DNA of 31,416 nucleotides from Archaeoglobaceae archaeon (GTDB lineage: Archaea > Halobacteriota > Archaeoglobi > Archaeoglobales > Archaeoglobaceae). A program made the translations under genes and the position numbers. The notes under the pieces were generated by a model. The model searched no databases and was not told the DNA's origin. It was given only the letters and a program-made list of their open reading frames with translations. Location of the stretch: the NCBI GenBank assembly GCA_027038095.1, contig JALVYA010000165.1:1-31416 (forward strand), written 5' to 3'. Shown in pieces: positions 25,751-31,416 of this stretch (position 1 is its first letter; each line of letters begins with the position of its first letter).

Positions 25751-27061
25751 TCAGGTGTCTTTAAGTTTTTTATGCAGATAATCATCGTATGCCTGAAGAT
25801 CCAGCAGTCCGTGACCGCTGAAGTTGAAGAGTATTACCTTCTCCTCGCCCTTCTCCCTCGCCTCTATTGCTTTATCTATCACAACTCTTATTGCGTGGTT
25901 GGTTTCAGGAGCTGGCACTATCCCCTCGCTCCTCGCGAACATCACTCCGGCTTCGAAGGTTGGAATCTGACTCACGGCTGTAGCCTTTATTATTCCGTGC
26001 TTTACGAGCAGGCAGAGAGTTGGAGCGTCTCCGTGATACCTCAAACCACCTGCGTGTATCGGTGGCGGTATAAACGTATGTCCAAGGGTAAACATCTTCA
26101 GCAGGGGCGTGAGACCTGCTGTGTCTCCGTAGTCGTACCTGTACTCCCCACCTGTCAGAGTTGGACATGCCTTTGGCTCAACGGCAATTATTTCAATTCC
26201 CTCCTTTTCGGCATCTTTCACGAACGGGTAGCAGAGTCCCGAGAAGTTGCTTCCTCCACCGACGCAGCCCACTATTACGTCCGGTTTTTCGTCAACCATT
26301 TCAAGCTGCTTTTTTGCCTCCAGCCCGATTACTGTCTGGTGCATCAGAACATGGTTCAGAACGCTGCCCAAGCTGTACTTCGTGTCCTCGTGCTTTGCTG
26401 CATCTTCTATTGCCTCGCTTATCGCAATTCCCAGACTTCCCGGATTGTTCGGGTCTTCACTCAGGATTTTTCTTCCGACCTCTGTCCTTTCTGACGGCGA
26501 GGGTACGACTTCTCCACCCCACGTTTCCATCAAAACTCTCCTGTACGGCTTCTGCATGTAGCTGACCTTTACCATGTAAACCATGCACCTCAAATCAAAC
26601 AGCCTGCACGCAAAGCACAGAGCAGATCCCCACTGACCGGCTCCGGTTTCAGTTGTTAGTCTCTCGACACCTTCCTCAGCGTTGTAGTATGCCTGAGCTA
26701 CTGCAGTATTCGGCTTGTGACTTCCCGGAGGGCTCGCACCCTCGTACTTGAAGTATATCCTCGCCGGAGTTTTCAACGCCTTTTCGAGCCTTTCAGCCCG
26801 GATGAGAGGTGTTGGCCTCCAGATTCTGTAAACGTCTCTTACCTCCTCCGGAATTTTAATCCACCTTTCACTGCTCATTTCCTGCTTTATCAGAGCTTTC
26901 GGGAATATTGGCTCCAGATCCTCTGGCTTTACGGGCTCTTCTGTAACCGGATGCAGCGGAACAGGCAGGGGTTCCGGCAGGTCCGGGATTATGTTGTACC
27001 ATTCTTTAGGCATTTCGTTCTCGTCAAGCAGTATCTTTTTCTCGTTCTTCTCGTGTTTCAT
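25751..27061 (-). CDS. trpB2: TrpB2-type tryptophan synthase beta chain (stand-alone)
   Basis: [23 protein letters not shown] (PLP Lys), [43 protein letters not shown]. Start set at the ATG at 27061. Confidence 0.94.
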   Translation of the reverse strand: MKHEKNEKKILLDENEMPKEWYNIIPDLPEPLPVPLHPVTEEPVKPEDLEPIFPKALIKQEMSSERWIKIPEEVRDVYRIWRPTPLIRAERLEKALKTPARIYFKYEGASPPGSHKPNTAVAQAYYNAEEGVERLTTETGAGQWGSALCFACRLFDLRCMVYMVKVSYMQKPYRRVLMETWGGEVVPSPSERTEVGRKILSEDPNNPGSLGIAISEAIEDAAKHEDTKYSLGSVLNHVLMHQTVIGLEAKKQLEMVDEKPDVIVGCVGGGSNFSGLCYPFVKDAEKEGIEIIAVEPKACPTLTGGEYRYDYGDTAGLTPLLKMFTLGHTFIPPPIHAGGLRYHGDAPTLCLLVKHGIIKATAVSQIPTFEAGVMFARSEGIVPAPETNHAIRVVIDKAIEAREKGEEKVILFNFSGHGLLDLQAYDDYLHKKLKDT

Positions 27062-27262
27062 AGGCTGACGGAATAACTGCATAATTTAAACCTTGTTCTT
27101 GCTCTGCGGAACAAATCCCGCTGTTCGGGTTTCGAAATCGCCTGAAATGCTGGTCGATCGTTGTAGGTTGTTTTGCCACCGTACTTATGTGGATTATGCA
27201 ATCACCAACTGGACACACAGCATCGACAACAGTATTAAACTGACCGCACAGAGCAGCAGAAA

Positions 27263-28270
27263 ATGAAACCTGAAAAGCCCGTGAGGTTGAGGGATTTCGT
27301 GAAGTTCAGGGACTGCTACTTTTCGGTCGTTTCTTACTTCAACTACCCTGAAGTTAAATGCCTGCTGAGGTACGCTCCGGCTGAAATGGTTTCAAACGAA
27401 AATTTGGAGGTGAGGGGAAATTACGTAAAGCTGAGTCACGAGCAGGCACTGGAGTTTTTCAGGGAGTACGAAAGAGGAGGCATTTTTTACCTTCCAGCCA
27501 GTGAAGTTGAAGTTTTAAAGCCGGAAGAGTTAACGCCCGGGATTGTTGAAAAGGATGGCGTTGCGAAAAAAGTTTACGAGTTTTTCAGGGTTCCACCGTC
27601 GCACAAGGGCGTTACCGGCTCACGGCTGATCGGTCTGAACAGAGAGGATTCGGACGTTGACTTCGTGGTTTACGGAGACTGGTGGTTCAGGGCGAGAGAA
27701 GAGCTGATTAGAGGTGTGAAAAGGGGCGTTCTCTCCCAGCCAGACGAGGACTGCTGGAAAAAAATATACAGGAAAAGAAGGCCGGCAATAGACTTCGACA
27801 CGTTCGTCATGCACGAAGAAAGAAAGTTTCACAGAGCTTTTATCGGAGATACTTACTTCGATCTGCTCTACGTCAGAGACTACGACAGGATTTACGAATT
27901 TGAAGAATTTTCGGGAATTAAAGCCGGCATGGCTGAGATAACGGGAAGGCTTGCAGACGATTCAGCGGTGTTTGACTACCCCGCAAGGTACCCGCTCGAG
28001 GACGTTGAGTTCGTCCATGCAGAGCTCTTTGATACAGATGAAGATGAAACTGAAATTAAATTAGACGACGTTCTGAGTCTCTCGTCGGTAGAGGTTCTCT
28101 CCTTCACCCACACCTACGCAGGTCAGGCGTTTGCCGGGGAGAGGGTGAGGGCTTACGGTGTCGTGGAAATAGGCTCGAAGGTGAAGCCGGAGGTAAAGCT
28201 CGTGGTGGGAACTCGAAGGGAATGTGAAGAGTTTATAATTTCTGAAAGTCTGGTAAACCGCAATGGTTGA
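27263..28270 (+). CDS. Uncharacterised archaeal nucleotidyltransferase (Pol-beta superfamily)
   Basis: GVTGS...[10 protein letters not shown] (GS...DxD motif), FTHTYAGQA. Overlaps the cofD start by 8 bp. Confidence 0.75.
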   Translation: MKPEKPVRLRDFVKFRDCYFSVVSYFNYPEVKCLLRYAPAEMVSNENLEVRGNYVKLSHEQALEFFREYERGGIFYLPASEVEVLKPEELTPGIVEKDGVAKKVYEFFRVPPSHKGVTGSRLIGLNREDSDVDFVVYGDWWFRAREELIRGVKRGVLSQPDEDCWKKIYRKRRPAIDFDTFVMHEERKFHRAFIGDTYFDLLYVRDYDRIYEFEEFSGIKAGMAEITGRLADDSAVFDYPARYPLEDVEFVHAELFDTDEDETEIKLDDVLSLSSVEVLSFTHTYAGQAFAGERVRAYGVVEIGSKVKPEVKLVVGTRRECEEFIISESLVNRNG

Positions 28271-29183
28271 GTGTAAAAATTACGACCTGTGTTTTCTTTC
28301 CGGAGGAACAGGAACTCCGAAGCTGCTCAGAGGCTACTCCGCATTGAATCCACACTTCAGCGTAGTCGTGAACGTCGCTGAAGACATCTGGATTTCTGGA
28401 AATAAGCTGTGTCCGGACATAGATTCCGTTATTTACGCAATAGCTGGCGTAATAGACGACGAAAAGTGGTGGGGTGTGAAAGGAGACACCTTCGTGACTC
28501 ACGAGAGGTTAAAGGAGCTCGGCTTTGACGAGGGGCTGATGATAGGTGACATCGACAGGGCAACACACATAGCGAGGAGCGAACTTCTGAGAAAGGGGTA
28601 CACGCTGACTCAGGCTACGAGGGTCGTAAAAAACTCTTTTCAGGTCAAAGCTGAAATCCTGCCGGTGTGTGAAGAAGAGGTTAAAACGTACGTTAAAACC
28701 CCGGAGGGGTGGATGCACTTTCAGGAGTTCTGGGTTTTGAGGAAGGGCGAACCCGAAGTGGAGGACGTGGAGTTCAGGGGGATTGAAAAAGCTGTCGTCA
28801 CCGAAGACGCACGCAGAGCCATGGAGAACAGCGACGCTGTGGTCATAGGCCCGAGCAACCCGGTAACGAGCATACTGCCGATACTTGAGGTTAAAGGCGT
28901 GAGAAAACTTCTGAAAGACAGAGTCGTGATTGCCGTGTCACCCATAGTAAAAGGTAAGCCCGTGAGTGGTCCGGCTGCAAAGCTCATGAGGGCGAAGGGT
29001 CTGGAGGTATCTGCAAACGGCGTTGCAGAATTTTACTCGGACTTTCTGGATCTGATAGTCGTTCACAGCGGTGACAGGTGCAGTTACAGGCACGAAGAGA
29101 CGAACATACTGATGAAGAGCAGAGAAGATGAAGTGAGGCTGGCAAAATTCCTGCTCGGGGTTGTAGAAAAACTTTTGAGTTAA
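28263..29183 (+). CDS. cofD: 2-phospho-L-lactate transferase (F420-0 synthesis)
   Basis: [71 protein letters not shown]. Confidence 0.95.
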   Translation: MVECKNYDLCFLSGGTGTPKLLRGYSALNPHFSVVVNVAEDIWISGNKLCPDIDSVIYAIAGVIDDEKWWGVKGDTFVTHERLKELGFDEGLMIGDIDRATHIARSELLRKGYTLTQATRVVKNSFQVKAEILPVCEEEVKTYVKTPEGWMHFQEFWVLRKGEPEVEDVEFRGIEKAVVTEDARRAMENSDAVVIGPSNPVTSILPILEVKGVRKLLKDRVVIAVSPIVKGKPVSGPAAKLMRAKGLEVSANGVAEFYSDFLDLIVVHSGDRCSYRHEETNILMKSREDEVRLAKFLLGVVEKLLS

Positions 29184-29209
29184 CAGTGGATTGCTGACTG
29201 TAAACTGAC

Positions 29210-30238
29210 TCAATATATGTAGGCATCGACCACCACGTGTATAACGCCGGGAGAGTAATTTTTAACCTTTTTTACGCACTCTATTCTTGCGTTTTTTCCT
29301 TCGGCTCTGGCTGCTGAGATAACTCTCCTTACAGGCCTCTCCAGAACGGCTTCGGGTACGGACTCGTGGTAGTGAATCCATCCCTTTCCCTTCAGAGCCC
29401 TTATTGCCACCGGTAAAAACTCGTGGCAGTTTATGTGTCCCATCACAACTCTGTCAGCAACTCTTTCCGGAGTTACGAACATCGAATCTCCGAGCACCGG
29501 AATTACTCTATCCTCAACTTCGTTCAACTTTATGTTTTCAATCAGGTAATGATAGGAGTCCGGATTGATTTCTATGGCGTAAACCTTTGCTTTTTTTGCC
29601 ATTGGGATCGTGAAGTACCCTATCCCGGCAAACATGTCAACGACCACTTCGTTTCCAACAATTGTTCCCATTCTCATCCTCTCAGCCTGATTTCCGGGGC
29701 TGAACATGACCTTCGACACGTCAAACCTGTACAGACATCCCCACTCCCTGTGAACGGTCTCTCCACCGCTCCCGGCAATAAGCTCGACATCCGGTTTTCT
29801 GAGCATGCCCCTCTTACCCCTGTCCCACCACACCGATTTGCAGTGAGGGTTTATTTCGAGCAGAGTCTCCCCTATCAGGCGGGCGTAATCTCTGAGCTCC
29901 TCCGGCATTTTAACGAGTATGACGTTTCCGATTACCTTGTAAGCTGAGGGTATGAGTTTTTCCAGTTTTTTCATTTCACTTTCCGGAAGTTTCTGTTTCA
30001 AAGCATCTTTCAGGTTTCTGGCTCTTGCGTAAACGGGTTTTTGCTGTTCTACGATTTCGAACTCAAATTCGGCCATCTCCTTCAGGGATTTCAGAGATAC
30101 CAGATCGCACTCTACGACTGGTATTTCCACCTGATCGCCTCTGGAGACTATCAGCCTTTTTTTATCCCTTAAATTCAGTATTTCCGCCAGTTCCACCGCT
30201 TTTCCAGCATCCTTTTTGTTCACCCTGAGCGCTTTCAC
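29210..30238 (-). CDS. taw2: Trm5/Taw2-family class I SAM-dependent tRNA-modifying enzyme, probably Taw2 (TYW2)
   Basis: FDVSKVMFSPGNQAER, VDMFAGIGYFTIP, IEINP, DRVVMG, GWIHYHE. GTG start. Confidence 0.68.
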   Translation of the reverse strand: MKALRVNKKDAGKAVELAEILNLRDKKRLIVSRGDQVEIPVVECDLVSLKSLKEMAEFEFEIVEQQKPVYARARNLKDALKQKLPESEMKKLEKLIPSAYKVIGNVILVKMPEELRDYARLIGETLLEINPHCKSVWWDRGKRGMLRKPDVELIAGSGGETVHREWGCLYRFDVSKVMFSPGNQAERMRMGTIVGNEVVVDMFAGIGYFTIPMAKKAKVYAIEINPDSYHYLIENIKLNEVEDRVIPVLGDSMFVTPERVADRVVMGHINCHEFLPVAIRALKGKGWIHYHESVPEAVLERPVRRVISAARAEGKNARIECVKKVKNYSPGVIHVVVDAYIY

Positions 30239-30287
30239 GTCAGAAAATTAGAGCAAGCGTTAAATAAGTGTAAGCCAAGCAGCGAGT

Positions 30288-30548
30288 ATGGAAGAGGGTA
30301 GTGGAGACAAAAACTCATCTCTAAGAGAAAGAGTTGAAAGAGTTATTGACGAAGAAATAAGGCCCGTGCTCGTTCAGGATGGTGGAAACATTGCGGTTAT
30401 CGACGTTGACGAGGAGAAAGGCATCGTGCTCGTTCAGCTCCTCGGAGCGTGTCACGGCTGTCCTATGTCCCAGTTCACTCTTGGCATGTTCGTGGAGCAG
30501 AGGCTAAAGCAGAAGGTGCCTGAGGTAAAGAGAGTGATTCCGGTTTAA
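30288..30548 (+). CDS. NifU/NfuA C-terminal-domain Fe-S carrier protein
   Basis: IRPVLVQDGGNI, QLLGACHGCPMS (CxxC), VPEVKRV. Confidence 0.9.
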   Translation: MEEGSGDKNSSLRERVERVIDEEIRPVLVQDGGNIAVIDVDEEKGIVLVQLLGACHGCPMSQFTLGMFVEQRLKQKVPEVKRVIPV

Positions 30549-30577
30549 AGCTCTGTAAAGCTGTTCAGGGGGTAGAC

Positions 30578-31024
30578 ATGGAGTCTTTTGAGAAACCCAG
30601 AGACGGAGATGTCATCATCATAGAACCTCTGAACAGCATAGTGTTTGACGGAAAAACGATATCCGGTAAGAGAGTTAACTGCAGGCTCTTCGGTGGATTC
30701 TGCGACTGTGGCGGAGTTATGTACCAGAAAGCCCAGTTCAAAAACGGAAAGTACGGGATACTCGTCTCAGAGTGCGAGAAATGCTGGAAAAATAAAGCTC
30801 TTGTTTTCTCGGATGATGGAAAGGTCAAGTCAAAACTCGACGTAAGGGTCGTAGATAGAAGCACGATATCCGATTTCATCAGGTCTGTTTTGAGCTCCTC
30901 TGAATTTCAGGCACTGCTATCAAAAGTTTCTGGCGAGACCTACAGTTACACGACATTCAGCAGAGCGAAGAAAAAACTCGAGAACATGGGGATAGACATC
31001 GATAAAATTCTGGGTCTTTTTTAG
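30578..31024 (+). CDS. Hypothetical archaeal protein with a putative Zn ribbon and a C-terminal helical/HTH-like segment
   Basis: FCDCGG...SECEKC. Clean ORF with GGGGGT RBS-like motif upstream. No family confidently recognised. Confidence 0.6.
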   Translation: MESFEKPRDGDVIIIEPLNSIVFDGKTISGKRVNCRLFGGFCDCGGVMYQKAQFKNGKYGILVSECEKCWKNKALVFSDDGKVKSKLDVRVVDRSTISDFIRSVLSSSEFQALLSKVSGETYSYTTFSRAKKKLENMGIDIDKILGLF

Positions 31025-31138
31025 CTGAATTGAAGTGATTTAAGTGGATTTAAAATGGATTGAAATTTCGGTATTTAATTTCTAAAAAACTGCAGCGTAT
31101 AAAAACAACAAAAAAATAAAATAATTAAAAAGTAATCT

Positions 31139-31416
31139 TTAAAGTTCATCAAAGGTGATGATTCTCACCGCTGTCGGTACCTTAACAACGCTACCAAGCC
31201 TAACTCCAACCAGACAGGAAATATCCTTCTTGGCTGCAAGGTCTATAACTCTCTGCGTTATAACGCCATCAAAAACTATGCTCGAAACTTTCGTGCTGTT
31301 CGTTTTGAGAACTTTCACGAGGTCTCTGACGGGCACTTCCTTTACGACGTTGAAGTTCTTATCGAGCAGTTTTGCTATTAGCCTGCCCTCAACGTCGTGC
31401 ATGTGCTTTCTCAGCA
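31139..31416 (-). CDS. dnaG: Archaeal DnaG-type primase / exosome-associated protein, C-terminal part; continues beyond the window
   Basis: EVPVRDL...IVFDGVITQRVIDLA resembles the C-terminus of archaeal DnaG. The frame stays open to the window edge. Confidence 0.75.
   Translation of the reverse strand, partial: LRKHMHDVEGRLIAKLLDKNFNVVKEVPVRDLVKVLKTNSTKVSSIVFDGVITQRVIDLAAKKDISCLVGVRLGSVVKVPTAVRIITFDEL

Overview
Archaeal DNA, most likely Archaeoglobales. This is inferred from protein similarity and from the combination of ACDS/CODH, F420 biosynthesis, PolD and archaeal DnaG. The window is gene-dense and mostly housekeeping or cofactor genes: cdhE (partial), hemL-hemC-cobA, a CLC, livHM, cofE, a RecJ/GAN-like DHH protein with pcc1, DUF655-rsmA, aor, signal peptidase, PolD DP1, AcnX small subunit, an S2P protease, trpB2, cofD, taw2, a NifU-like protein and dnaG (partial). 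The stand-out element is a divergently transcribed five-gene Fe-S/flavin cluster at 4369-10342. The minus strand carries an FwdF-like 6x[4Fe-4S] polyferredoxin, a fusion of an FwdG-like ferredoxin, a Glu/Lys linker and an FpoF/FrhB-like domain, and an HdrA-MvhD fusion. The plus strand carries atypical HdrC and HdrB. No hydrogenase or formate dehydrogenase catalytic subunit is present. The cluster looks like a flavin-based electron-bifurcating Hdr complex with a built-in, modified F420-type input and a wire to formylmethanofuran dehydrogenase; this function is inference. No CRISPR array, tRNA/rRNA gene or mobile element was recognised. All family assignments come from recalled motifs, not database searches.
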